Below, in pieces: positions 22,847-34,444 of a stretch of DNA of 64,000 bases. The translations under genes and the position numbers were made by a program. Below the pieces are notes generated by a model. It had not been told where the DNA came from. It saw only the letters and a program-made list of their open reading frames with translations, and made no database searches. The stretch is from Lama glama. Lineage: Eukaryota. Position 1 is the stretch's first letter, and every line of letters begins with the position of its first letter. Location: positions 14,014,001 through 14,078,000 of the forward strand of contig CM052832.1 in assembly GCA_028534125.1 (NCBI GenBank). The letters are read 5' to 3'.

Positions 22847-25800
22847 ATTGTGCTGATATACCTTGTTCTGAATTCTATGAATACCATTGTGGATAAGCAT
22901 TAGCCTGAATTTTTACAGGTCTGTCATTTTTAGTATAAGAAATGGTGAGACAGAATGAATTAATGTGACAAAAAGAATACAAATGCCTCTTTTACACATT
23001 CTGCTCTAGATTGTAACCCTCACCAAGGCAGACCAGGTCTGCTCGCCCACCCACCACTGTGTCACTCAAGGCCTAGAGCAGCTCGCTTGGTACATGGTGG
23101 GCACTCAGCATGTGTTTGTGGAACAAAACAAAGAATGAATAGAATAATTGTTAGCAAGTAATAGTACTCAAAGGGGTAAGTTTCACATCATTTTCTTTTC
23201 CACTGTCTTGGGGATAAAAAGAGAGATCACGCACAGACTTTAAAAGGAACTGACAGGAGGAGTGTGTAAATTTCTTCTAATGGCCAAGATGATCCCTCCC
23301 ACACTTGATTTTGTGAGGAATCCTCAGAAATTCCTGAACGATACTTGTCATTTCTTGATTATTGCAAACCCTTTCTTACAATCTAGGAATTTATCTCCTC
23401 ACTTAGATTTTAAACCCTCAAATAAAGAAAAAAAGAGAACAAAACTTTGATTCTAATCAGAACGCTCCAGCCATTGCTTCCCCAACCCCAAATATGTAAC
23501 TTTTCTCTATCGAGCAGAAAGGGCTTAGCGCAGAAGAGTGTGAGACAAAGAATGGGAGTTTTGTCAAGGTTTCTTTTTTTAACTTGCGACTGCAATCCAT
23601 GAACAAGAGAAAAATTAGATGATGTTTTTAATAGTCTAAAGCGGATGCATCAGTGTACGTCAGCACGTCTTTATGGAGAAGCTTCTATAAGACCCGTCCT
23701 TGGGGTAACATGCTTGTCTAGAGGGAGAGGAGGCAGTGTTAACCCACAGAAAACAGCGAGAGAATTACATAAGACTGTCACCAACACAGAATTACACAGC
23801 CAGAGGGCCACATGTATGGTCATTGTTTTCTAAACTGAGAGGAGCCCCATTATTGGGTCATGAAATCAATTTAGTGGAAGTGTATTGCATTATGTAGTAA
23901 GGATAAATTTTGTTTCATAAAACTTGTTCCGTTGTGTGTGAGTGGGTAGTGGATCATGATTGAAAACATTTCTTATTCTGGGTGTAGATAATATATAATT
24001 ATTTATAAATGTTTACTATATGTACTAAAATAACATATAGGTCACCAGAAAGCACTGGGATATGGTGGAATGAGCTCTGTATTGGGACAACTGGGCTTTG
24101 TGGCTCCAAATGATTTAAAGTCATTTAAGGTCCAAAGAAGTTATTTTTTCATGTGAAAAGTGAGGGAATTATATTAGATGATCCCCAAGTTTTCTTTCCA
24201 GCCCTAAACTTCTATGCATTTCTAAGTTCTTAAGAACAAGTTTGATTTTTCTTAATTTCTAATTGAGGTACTGGCTACTACTTTAACTATTCAGATAAGA
24301 TCCAAAGACTCAAATACATAATACACTAAGAATAAAAAATTTTTCTGTACTTAAGACCATAGGTCTTAAACTGTGTTTCCTACCTACTTGCGAGTCCATA
24401 AAAGTCTTCAGGTGTATTTTTTATATTCCCCAAAACTTCTAAATAGAATATTAACATGGGGGGAGGTGAGGCTTTTGGCATTTGACTAGAATTATATCAA
24501 CTCAGTGTAATAAACAGCTTAGCTATTCAGAAGCTCTAATTGGTTGCTGCTGATGACTCAGAACTTTGGGGAACAGTATTGATAATGAATGCTGCAGAGC
24601 CACGTGTCATATAGCTGTACCCACAATATATACAGAGAGATGGCCAGAATTTGATCAGCAGCAGAAAGCAGTGCTCAAGTATCTACACAATTACTTGACT
24701 GTGCTGCTTCTTAGCATCACACTAGATGCAATAGTGATTTGTGTATTTCATAATATTATGAACCCTCTTAAAATTACTGATCTTTGGATAAAATCTGGAT
24801 CAGCAGTCACACATATGGAACATATTTTTAACATGCAATTTGGTAGACAAAAATCTTTCAAAACAGTAGTCTATTGGGGGAAAATTAATGAAAGGTTCAA
24901 AACCGCTGACCTAAGACTTTTCTCCCAGAATGTCTCTGAACATTTTGTACTACTCAAAACATCCCTGGAGGCACCTTCATAATTATAGGTAAAAGATCCC
25001 AGCAGTGATCCTAGTTTTAGCCATAAGACTTTAAAAATGGGTGGTAAGTAAGTTCCTGCACACCTTCCCTTTACAAATTTCAGGGCAAGTTTCAATCTGC
25101 CACACTGCCTTTCAGGGCCTCATCCTTCCAGGGTGTTTGACTTGGCACGTGCGTTGTGCATATGCACAGGGGCCAGATGTGTAGGGGAGAGCAGAGATGG
25201 TGTGAAGTGTAGGTTTGTATTTCATCCCATTCGTACGATGAAATGGAGCTCTATTTTCATTGACCTGTTGCTTTGGTTTACCTCTAAATGGGTAAATCTC
25301 TACCCTTAGTAGGGTAGAATTGTAATAAGCTTTTCACTGGGAATGATTTTGGTGTTCAGACTGTAAACTATCAATCAACCTCCGAACACTAAAGAGAAGA
25401 AAGGTAGGAGAGGACTCTCTTCATTTGGCTCTGAAAATAATTATTTAGCACATTTAACACCGTGATGTTATGCCAGGCATTGTGCAAGTCAGTTAAATAG
25501 ACATGATTTTTGCCCTCATAACTGACAGCATGTGCAGGACAACAGCGTTACCTACTTTTCTGACTCGGAGGCAGAGGTAAGGCAGCTGCGGACACTGCAG
25601 TGATACAGGGTTCTTGCGCCCTCTTGTGCTCCTTGGCAGAAAAAAAGCATTTCTAAAGCAAGCTAGTTAAGGATCATCCTTCAACCATGGAACCCTTTGC
25701 AGACAAATCAGGCTTTGATATATTTTGACCACCCTTGCTGAACCAAGAAACCAGTGTTATTGATTAGAAACAAGTCATCTTTGACTCTAGGTTTTTAGGT

Positions 25801-25855
25801 TAAAAAAAAAAAAACTCAAAACCTGCCTCTCTTTCTCTTTCTTCATTGTTTTAGA

Positions 25856-26050
25856 ACAAGATTTCTCAACCTCAGCACAGTTGATATTTGGGGCTGTGTA
25901 GATCTGTTCTGGCGGGAAGCTGTCCTGTGCATTACAGGACGTCTAGCAGCGTCCCTGGCCCCTGCCCACTAGGTGCATGCCCTCCACTTGTGACAACTGA
26001 AGCACATCTCTAAACATGGCCAAGTGTCCCCTGGGGCAAAAGCACCCTAG
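25856..26050. mobile_element. MER20 hAT-Charlie fossil
   Basis: tttctcaacctcagcac…gctgtcctgtgcattacagga…tagcagcgtccctggcc…cccactag…gccaagtgtcccctggggcaaaa. Confidence 0.85.
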
Positions 26051-26709
26051 TGTACTACAAAGACCTTTAGATGTACTACAAAGACCTTTGCTCATTAGAA
26101 GTTGAGATAGAAGTCAAATTATATATGCTATATATGAAATTGCTTTTAAGAAATTAAAGTGCTTGATGCGTGTGAAGGAACATTTATGTATATTATGAAG
26201 TCTATTCTGGTTTGTTGTTGTTTTGAGAAACCATAGCCTTCTACTATTCTGAAAGTCAGAACCAACTGAAGTGGTAGGAGCTGGGTTTTTCTCCTCCCTG
26301 GCTCTTTTCTTTTCTTTCCCTAGGACAGTATACTTGATAAAGATGGAGGAGGAGGAGAGAAGGGAAGAAGCAGCTAGACAAACAGGGAAGGTGCCTGTCC
26401 TTCTCACCTAGCCTAAATGAAATGACACTTTTCATTTCCACCCATATCTCCATTTTGCTCCCAATGACTGAAAAACTTTTGATTCCACAGTTATATTTCT
26501 TTGACCTTACTATTTTACTCAGCACATCTTCATTAAGGGCCTCCTTGTGCTAAACCCTCGATATTCCAAAAGGGATAGGATATGCTTCCGGTCCTCAATG
26601 AGCTCACACTCCAGCGGGAGAAAAGATGGTGACAGAAAATGCCAACCCTGGCGCTGGTGAGGACCCTATTCTTGAGTGATGGGCCTAAGGCTGCGGCAAA
26701 ACCCAAGTG

Positions 26710-27133
26710 TAGACAGCCCTGACTTACAATGATTCAACTTACAATCTTTCCACTTTTCAGTGATGCAAAAGCTCTCCACATTCAGTAGAAACCGTGCTTG
26801 GAATTGGGGGTTTTTGAGTTTCCCCAGCTAGCGATAACACAGTAAGACCCCCTCCCGCAGTTCCCATCAGCCCCACGGTCAGAAGGGCAAACCACTGGTA
26901 TAGCCATTCTGCTTCTGTCAGGATAGTATTCAATAAACTATGTGGGACATTAAACACTTTGTTATCAAATAGGCTTCATGTTAGATGATTTTGCCCAACT
27001 GTAGGCTAAGGTAAGTGTTCTGAGCACCTTTAAAGTAGGCCTGGCTGTTCAGTAGATCAAGTGTATCAGGTGCATTTTTGACTTGCTGTGGGTTTATTGG
27101 GAGGTGACCCCTTGTAACTTGAGGAAGATCTGT
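26710..27133. mobile_element. TcMar-Tigger fossil (MER82-like)
   Basis: gacttacaatgattcaacttacaat…cattcagtagaaaccgt at one end and …gtaacttgaggaagatctg+TA at the other (degenerate inverted termini). Confidence 0.7.
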
Positions 27134-27784
27134 ACATTCTGACCCAGGCCCTCTACCTGGAACTGGTCTAGCCCGTCCTAATCACCAAAAATCAGTGTTG
27201 GGGCTTCCTTTCTCCAGGTGGAACACATTTTTATGCCAACCACTTAAAGTCCTGTAAAACTGGAACATTCTCATAGACCTGCTCTGTGATCTTCCTCTTA
27301 CTCACTGGGTGAGGCCTGCAGTGTGCGTGGGGAGACTGAGAAGTGTACGCACTTTGACTGGTAAATCCTAGTGACATGATCTTAACCCTGTTTGTCGGTC
27401 AGACATTCGGTTTAATGCCCATGAGGTGTGGCTGCAATTCTATGATCTGGCGGGATGTGTCATGTTTTGAAGCTTATAGTCACCTCCTGTAGAAGAGATC
27501 CCTCCCCTGTACTCCGTCTTACCTGCTCTTACTCCTTTCATTCATCCTAAAATGGCAATAAACATTGTCTCAGCCCTGGTATTTCCTGTGTAGCCCATAT
27601 ATATAATTCATGTCAATTAATTATACAGTTGTTAGAATTCTAATCAGGTAAGAGCAAAAATACAACTAAGAGAAAGGTTTTTCTCGTGTAGTTAGCTGTG
27701 ACACTTACATGATTCATGTTTTAGTTATTTATGTTACACTGCTGCTCTTCAACTCTGTCTTCCCATGGTCTATAGATGAGAGGT

Positions 27785-27963
27785 CAGCAGACCACAGTCT
27801 GTTTTTGTAGACAGTAAGGTTCTACTGGGACGCAGCCACACCCATTTATTTATATATTGTCTGGAGCTGCTTCTGTACCACCAAGGACAGAGTTGCAACA
27901 GAGACTGGCCTGCAAAGCCTGAAATATTTACTATCTGCACCTTCATAGAAGGTTGCCAGCCCT
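27785..27963. mobile_element. MER58A-like hAT-Charlie fossil
   Basis: ctgtttttgta…cagccacacccatttatttatatattgtct…ggcctgcaaagcctgaaatatttactatctg. Confidence 0.8.
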
Positions 27964-28435
27964 TAGATAACTTAAGATTTGCTGGACTGGGGACTGGCAC
28001 TTAATCAGAATATAGTTACCTATCGTGCCGAGCTAATGGTCAGGAGAAGAGGGAAAAGTAAACTAGTGACACAGTCTACAACTACTCACCAGCCTTTTGA
28101 AAGTGATAAATATTAGCACCGAAGACTAACCCAGAAGCCTTGATACCCACCTGCTGAGAGAAATGCCCCCTGGATAGGGTGAGATGGTGGACGCTGGAGA
28201 CCAGCGTTACAGTGCCTGGTCCTAAACCAGCTCCGGGGTCGTGGGGACTTGGGAAACGTGCCTGGATAGCCACCTCCTGGAAACAGGAAGAAATGATCAA
28301 ATGGCTTGGTTAGAATGGGGGGGTTCCTTTTGCAGATTTGGCTTTGGGGGGGGGCTGAGCTTGCACTACTTTTGTACCCCTCCCACTCCAACCCCCAGAG
28401 CCTGTCCAGCAAGTAATCACTAGCTTTTCTCTCAG

Positions 28436-28621
28436 GGAGGCAAGTACATGCAGGCGGTGATTCAGTATGGGAAGATAGTGTCCTGGTTAGAGATGGAATA
28501 TGGCTTATCGGAGAAGGAATCTAAAGCCTCTGAATCGTTTCTGCTCGCTGCCTTCCTGAACCTGGCCATGTGCTACCTGAAGCTCAGAGAGTACACCAAA
28601 GCCGTCGAGTGCTGTGACAAG
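28436..28621 (+). CDS. FKBP5: FKBP5 coding exon 9 (TPR1-TPR2)
   Basis: Acceptor ttttctctcag, donor AAG|gtgaag. 186 nt reads [62 protein letters not shown] and includes N322. Confidence 0.98.
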
Positions 28622-29003
28622 GTGAAGTATCTGCCTGTGAGATGACTTAAGCTCCTCCAGATCTTTTTCTCCTTCCTCATACTTAGTCTTCCTCTGCTGC
28701 CTTTCATCCAGGGGCTGGGTTTTCCACATTGCTTAGTTTTGTTTGTTTGGGGTTATTTGTTTCTCAGGATGAATTGAGAAGTGCAGAAGCATTTTTTATT
28801 ATAGTCATAATTTCCTGATGCTTAGACTATTTATAAAAATACATTATGAACAAAGATTTAGATAAAATTAAGCAGGTTTTGTCCATGACCTTAAGTCTGT
28901 GACATTTGGTATCAGATTAGACATAGAACTCTTCAGATTCAATTTAATAAGAACAGACTGTGACTGCTCCTACAGGAATATGCAAGTCATTTTTCTCAAG
29001 TAG

Positions 29004-29098
29004 TTTTTTTTTTTTTTTCCTTTTTGAAATGGGGGAGGTAGTTAGGTTTTTTTTTTACTTATTTAATGGAGGTACTGGGGATTGAACCCAGGACCTTG
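29004..29098 (-). mobile_element. tRNA-derived SINE (camelid Vic-1-like), 5'-truncated
   Basis: Reverse complement of the B-box part, ggaggtactggggattgaacccaggacctt, plus the family tail gggaggta.ttaggttt and a T-run. Confidence 0.8.
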
Positions 29099-29430
29099 GC
29101 AAGTCACTTTTTATCACTCAGAAAAACACATTTTATTTATTCACTCAGAAAACACATAATTTGAAAGAGCCACAGAGCACCAGCAGCCCTCTCCCTTATT
29201 ACATGTGCACTGTTAACGCTGTTACGGAGCACCTAAGTACCAGAGGCCAGTGACAGTAGTGATGTATGACTGTGTTATTTTATTTACTAGCTAATGCTGT
29301 TATGTCAGAGACTTGGACTGAGTGAACAGTGTATGTTTTCTTATGGATAAAAGCTAATAATTGGATATATCTTAAAGACAGACAAAGGGATAAGAAAAAA
29401 AACCAATTATTTCATACATTCTTTGTAAGA

Positions 29431-29545
29431 TTTTTTTTTTGGAGGGGGTAAGTAATTAGATTTATTTTAACAAAAGTACTGGAGATTGAACCCAGGACCT
29501 TGTGCATGCTAACACGCACTCTAACACTGAGCTATTCCCTCCCCG
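29431..29545 (-). mobile_element. tRNA-derived SINE (Vic-1-like)
   Basis: Full A/B-box head on the - strand. TSD tgtaagatt at 29424 and 29547. Confidence 0.9.
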
Positions 29546-29774
29546 CTGTAAGATTATTTTTGAGTTTTAAGACTTCAAGTTTTGTGGATCAGTGTTCCCT
29601 ATCATGTTATGCTAAATTTTGCCTGAGAAGACAGTGTTATTATTAATTACATTTTAACTTTGTTCTTGTTCAAATTTGACATTACAGAAACATGCAAGAA
29701 AGTGAGCCTATTTATAAAATTCCCATTGACCCTCTCCCAAGACTGCAGTCATTCGTTTCCTATATATTCCTTTT

Positions 29775-29921
29775 GGGGAGGGAGGGTATAGCTCAAGCAG
29801 CATAGTGCATGCTTAGCATGCACAAGGTCCTGGGTTCAATCCCCAGTACCTCCTCCAAATATAAATAAATAAACCCAATTACCTCCCCCTCATAAAAAAA
29901 AGAAAAAAAATCATTAAAAAA
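29775..29921 (+). mobile_element. tRNA-derived SINE (Vic-1-like)
   Basis: ggggagggagggtatagctcaag…ggtcctgggttcaatccccagtacctcc plus A-rich tail. TSD atattccttttg at 29764 and 29922. Confidence 0.92.
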
Positions 29922-29934
29922 ATATTCCTTTTGT

Positions 29935-31020
29935 TTTTTCCATATAAGAGTAACATGTATGAATTTTTTTAATGAGAATGTATAGATTTATAAAATAAGG
30001 ACATCTTTCCCCATATTACCATTTCATTTTTTTTAAAGTCAATATAGTATCCATTGTATGGATCTATCATAGTTTATTTAACCAATCCCTTTTGGTAGAT
30101 TTCCAGGTTTTGATATTACAGATTATATATATAGTGTCTCTCTGAATATGTGTGGGATTGTTTCTATAGGATAGATTCCTAGAAGTGTAAATATTGGGTC
30201 AAAGATGTTATTTTAATATATTTACATTTTAATACTTTATACATTATTGAATATTGTCATTGGTTTTCATTCTCAATATTGTTAGCAACAAAAAATTCTT
30301 ATTTTTATTTCTTGGTTACTAATGAAGTTGCACATCTTTTCATTACTTATTAGCCATTTGTATTTCATCTTTGAATTGCCTGTTCATATCCTTCAACCAA
30401 ATTATTGTGTTCTATTGATTGAGGTAGTCTGCACATTAACTTTTTGTCTGACAGTAGGTACTCTGTTCTCACTTGTCTTTGATGATGGTAGCTTTTTCTG
30501 AAAAGAAAGTTTTAATATTTACCTAATAAAATCTATTTCTTTCTAGATAGAAAGGTCTTCCTCACCCTGACAGTATAAAAAATAACCCTGTTCGATACTT
30601 ACAAAACCTACTCCATCAAGGTTTGCGTAAAAAAAAAAAACCCTATTACAATTTTATGGGAGTTTTTTTGACATGTAAATATAGTTGGTCTAGAATTTAT
30701 TTTTGCGTTTATGACATAAGGTAAGAATTCAACTAATTTTCTACATGGATAGTCACTGCCTCAGCCCCATTTATTCCAAAGTTAATACTTTCTCTATATG
30801 ATTTACATTACCATCTTTGTGATTATTAAATCTTTTTGCACACATACACATGAATCTATTTCTGAATGCTGTTTTGTTCCACGGACCCATTTGTCCATGG
30901 ACTACTAACCAAACTTTTAATTTCAGTAGTTTAATAGTATATCTTTTTCTCCAGAAATTTCTCAGCCATTCTTAGGCATTTACTTCTTCCATTGAACTTT
31001 AAAATGAACTTCTCAGAAGC
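29935..31020 (-). mobile_element. Old L1ME-like remnant, antisense in intron 9
   Basis: atagtatccattgtatggat…tttctataggatagattcctagaagtg…ttattagccatttgtatttc…gaattgcctgttcatatcctt, i.e. a degenerate L1 ORF2 3' end reversed. Confidence 0.65.
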
Positions 31021-31232
31021 CCCCCCCCGCTTCCCAAGTCCCCTTGGGATCTTTACTTTCTGTATTTAATGAATTTTCTATAATTTGTAAATTTTGATCA
31101 GTAGTATATAATTACCTTGAGCCCAATCTTTTCAATATGCCTTTTCCAATTCCCTTGGCCAGAGACCTTTTTCTCTTCAGATGCCCACAGGGTACATGCA
31201 TCCTTTCTAAAACATAGTCTGTCTGTCCCTAG

Positions 31233-31472
31233 GCCCTTGGACTGGACAGTGCCAATGAGAAGGGCTTGTACAGGAGGGGCGAAGCCCAGCTGCTCATGAA
31301 CGAGTTTGAGTCAGCCAAGGGCGACTTTGAGAAAGTGTTGGAAGTAAACCCCCAAAATAAGGCCGCAAGACTGCAGATCTCCATGTGCCAGAAAAAAGCC
31401 AAGGAGCACAATGAGCGGGACCGCAGGATCTATGCCAACATGTTCAAGAAGTTTGCAGAGCAAGATGCAAAG
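31233..31472 (+). CDS. FKBP5: FKBP5 coding exon 10 (TPR3 and helix 7)
   Basis: Acceptor gtccctag, donor AAG|gtatgt. 240 nt reads [80 protein letters not shown]. It includes K352/R356 and ends at K422. Confidence 0.98.
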
Positions 31473-32202
31473 GTATGTCACAGCCCCCCGCCTTCAGGGG
31501 GACCAAGACCTGACCTTGTGCCTTTGACTTTTGTTCTGAGAGGGTGAAGCACAGGACACAGGTGCAGGTAGACAACTCGCAAGCCCCAAGGATAGGGGAA
31601 GTGATTTCGGATCTGATTGAGGCTGGTTTGGATCCAGGAGTAGAGTAAGGCTGTTCCACCATACTCTTCTCACCACAGGCACATAGTTGTGAGGCCCTGA
31701 CATGTCCATGCAAGAGATGAGGGAAGTCAGTTCCCTAGAAATGTCCTAAAACTTTTATTATTTTTTTAAAAAATCAAGTACATCAGGGTTTTTTCCCTCC
31801 AGATAATACCTGCTTTTGAGACTTCAGATTTCCCAGGAAATGACTGATGGGGAAGCCCAGCTATTTTGCCTTTACTTTGAGGTTTGGGAGCCAACTTGGC
31901 AAACGTGATGGGAGAAGTCCGCCTCCCTACATCAACGCTATATTCTGGTCTCTCACTCCCCCTCCACTCAGAACCCCTGGTGACATTTAACAGCTGTCCC
32001 TGTGGCAAGCTAGTCATTTTAACCCAAGAACAGCGAAAGCTCCCTCTCAGCTATTGGCAGCAGAGCCGTGACTTACCCAGCCGGGCCACCTGAATAAAGC
32101 CCTGTAACGCCCTCTTATTTCAGACCTGACAGTCTAGAGGAGCCAAGAAGTAATTGGACATTTTCTTTTTTCTCTAACCCTCTTGATTTATTTCTTCCTC
32201 AG

Positions 32203-32310
32203 GAAGAGGCCAGTAAAGCAATGGGCAAGAAGAATTCAGAAGGGGTCACCAATGAAAAAGAAACAGAAAGTCAATCAATGGAAGAAGAGAAAGCTGAGGG
32301 ACACGTATGA
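32203..32310 (+). CDS. FKBP5: FKBP5 last coding exon (11), C-terminus and stop
   Basis: Acceptor ttcttcctcag. Reads EEASKAMGKKNSEGVTNEKETESQSMEEEKAEGHV then TGA (32308-32310). The ...EGHV* end is characteristic of FKBP51. Confidence 0.97.
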   Translation, partial: EEASKAMGKKNSEGVTNEKETESQSMEEEKAEGHV

Positions 32311-32697
32311 CACCACGCCAGGGAGGGAAGAGTCCTTGTGAACTCGGCCCCTCCTCCATGGGCATGCCCCCAACTCAGGACTAAACAGTGTTTAATGTAA
32401 AGTTTGTTATAGTCTATGTGATTCTGGAAGCAAACGGCAAAACCAGTAGCTTCCCAAAAACCACCACCCTGCTGCTGCCCAGAGCTCTCCTTGAGGGGGT
32501 GGCATGGGACCACTCCAGGTGGAACAAAGCGGCGGCTGTTGGTGTGGAGAGATTGAGCCAACAGCCTAGTCCAGCTCATTTCAGTTATGTCAACTTGCAA
32601 TATCCAGTTCAGGGTCCCTTGAGATAATTCTAACAATTGGGGGCTGTCTGTCAGGTTTTCCATTTGATTGAACTTTAATACACTGCAGAAACCTACC

Positions 32698-32703
32698 AAT
32701 AAA
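32698..32703 (+). terminator. Candidate proximal polyadenylation signal (AATAAA)
   Basis: Canonical hexamer ~390 nt after the stop, followed by pyrimidine-rich sequence. Use is unproven. Confidence 0.35.
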
Positions 32704-34438
32704 TGCTTAATGAGTTTCTCCTTTCCTACAATTGGGCAGGGGAGAGGAGGGGGAGGTTTTGGTTTTCAGTGACTCAAGTGCTCCAAATGCAAGCTGTTGC
32801 ATTTCTAACCAACAGAACCCACAGTAGAGGGGCCAGGTATCCCCTCAGGTCCACATCAGCGTCACAAACTTGAAAGCCAGAACCTCAGAGGCCACTCACT
32901 TGCTGACTTAGCTGCCTCCCAAACGCCCCCTTGTTAAGCAGCCTCCCTGTGAGCGTGGGCTCCTGCCCAGGCTGTCCCCAGAGGGGGCATTCTGTCATTC
33001 CTAAAACACGCTTCAGTGATGATAGTGAGCAGAGAGGGTTTCTGGATTAGCTTTCCCTGTTCTGGATGAAGTTCTGAGATGCTGAAATGTGAAGAGAACA
33101 ATCAGAATTGTGCTTTTTCCCTTCCAGGAAGTTATGTTGAGTCCAGTTTGCCTGCTCACATTGCTACAGCTCAGTTTCTTCCTTCTGTTCTGATCCCCAA
33201 ATTAAGAATTTGAGACTTGTTCTTGTCATACCTTTGACCTGGAGTGAATTTATTTACATATCTGTCTAGGATCCATGCAGCTTTTTTTGTTGTCTTTTTT
33301 AAATTGCTGTGTCATAAACATATGTATACTGATGTATGAAAGTTTATTTACACTCCTCTATCATGCAAAAAATTGACTTTTTACTACTAAGTAACTTAAT
33401 TTTTAAAAACAAATCTGAGGTTGAAAAAGAACTCATTGCCTTTAAGGATTATCTTGCAAGTCCGACATGCGGTAGCTTGCTTTCCCTGTGCTGATAGCTG
33501 CTCTGTTCTGGTGTGAGTTGTGAAAGAGAGGTAAGAACAGCTTCCCCATGCAGGTACATCTAGCCTAAAATCTCCAGTACTTAGGCATTGAACTAGGGCA
33601 GATCTTAAATATGTACGTGTAGCTGAATTTTAATCCTTACGGGTAAGCAAGATTAAGCCTGGCTTTCTAGTCCCACAGCCTAAGAAGTAAGAAACACTCA
33701 CGGGAATGCATCTGGCAACCCGAGAAAACATTTGCTTCAACCTGGAACATCTCACTTTCTTAAATCCTAAAGAACACTGGCAGTTATATTTTAGGTTAGT
33801 TTTTATTTTTATGGTGGTTTTAACAACATTTTCATCATTAGGTTAGGACCATGTTAAAAACCTAAAAATATAGTCATTTCCTTTTATATCAGTTTCTGTC
33901 TCCATGGAACAAATAGAATTGTGAGTTTCTCCTTTAACTAAAATCCTTTTAATTTCTCATTTACATGTTTCTCTTTTCTCATAAGATACTTCTTTAAAAA
34001 GCGCCCAATCTCACCTAGGGAATATGAAAAGCAAAAGCTGATTTTGCTTATTTGCTTAACTGTGTAGTATTTGTAGCTCTGTTGACTAGAGCATGACTCC
34101 AACAAGGCCAAGATTGAAATTAGATCCAAAAGGCCAGTTAGCTCTTTGCAGGTAACAAAAAATTCTAAAACTTAGATTATCTTAGCCCATCGTCTCCCAA
34201 GTGTGTGTTACGGGTCATGGGAATAGGCAGGAAAAAATGTGGGGAGGAGGGGCAGAAAGGGTGGGCAAGTGGTTCTGAGCAAAAGATTATGAAGTGTCCA
34301 TCACCACTCAAGAAAAAGAAACTTCACACACATTCTTGTATCAAATTCAGTCATTTTCAACAGTTTGTCTAGAAATCAACAGATGTCTTTGAACCAGCTC
34401 TCAGATTGCATTTGGAGTGGTGAGGCAGCATATAATGA

Positions 34439-34444
34439 ATTAAA
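34439..34444 (+). terminator. Probable main polyadenylation signal (ATTAAA)
   Basis: Variant hexamer with a downstream U/GU-rich element, ~2.1 kb after the stop. A further AATAAA lies at 34501-34506. Confidence 0.6.

Noticed and set aside
24566..24982. 138-aa intronic ORF in intron 8
   Set aside because: Non-ATG start, no recognisable domain and no flanking splice evidence. It is consistent with a chance ORF.
31473..32098. Exon 10 read-through tail ([10 protein letters not shown]…LRG*) with intronic AATAAA at 32093
   Set aside because: The donor AAG|gtatgt is strong, a 24-codon open stretch is expected by chance, and I know of no matching isoform.
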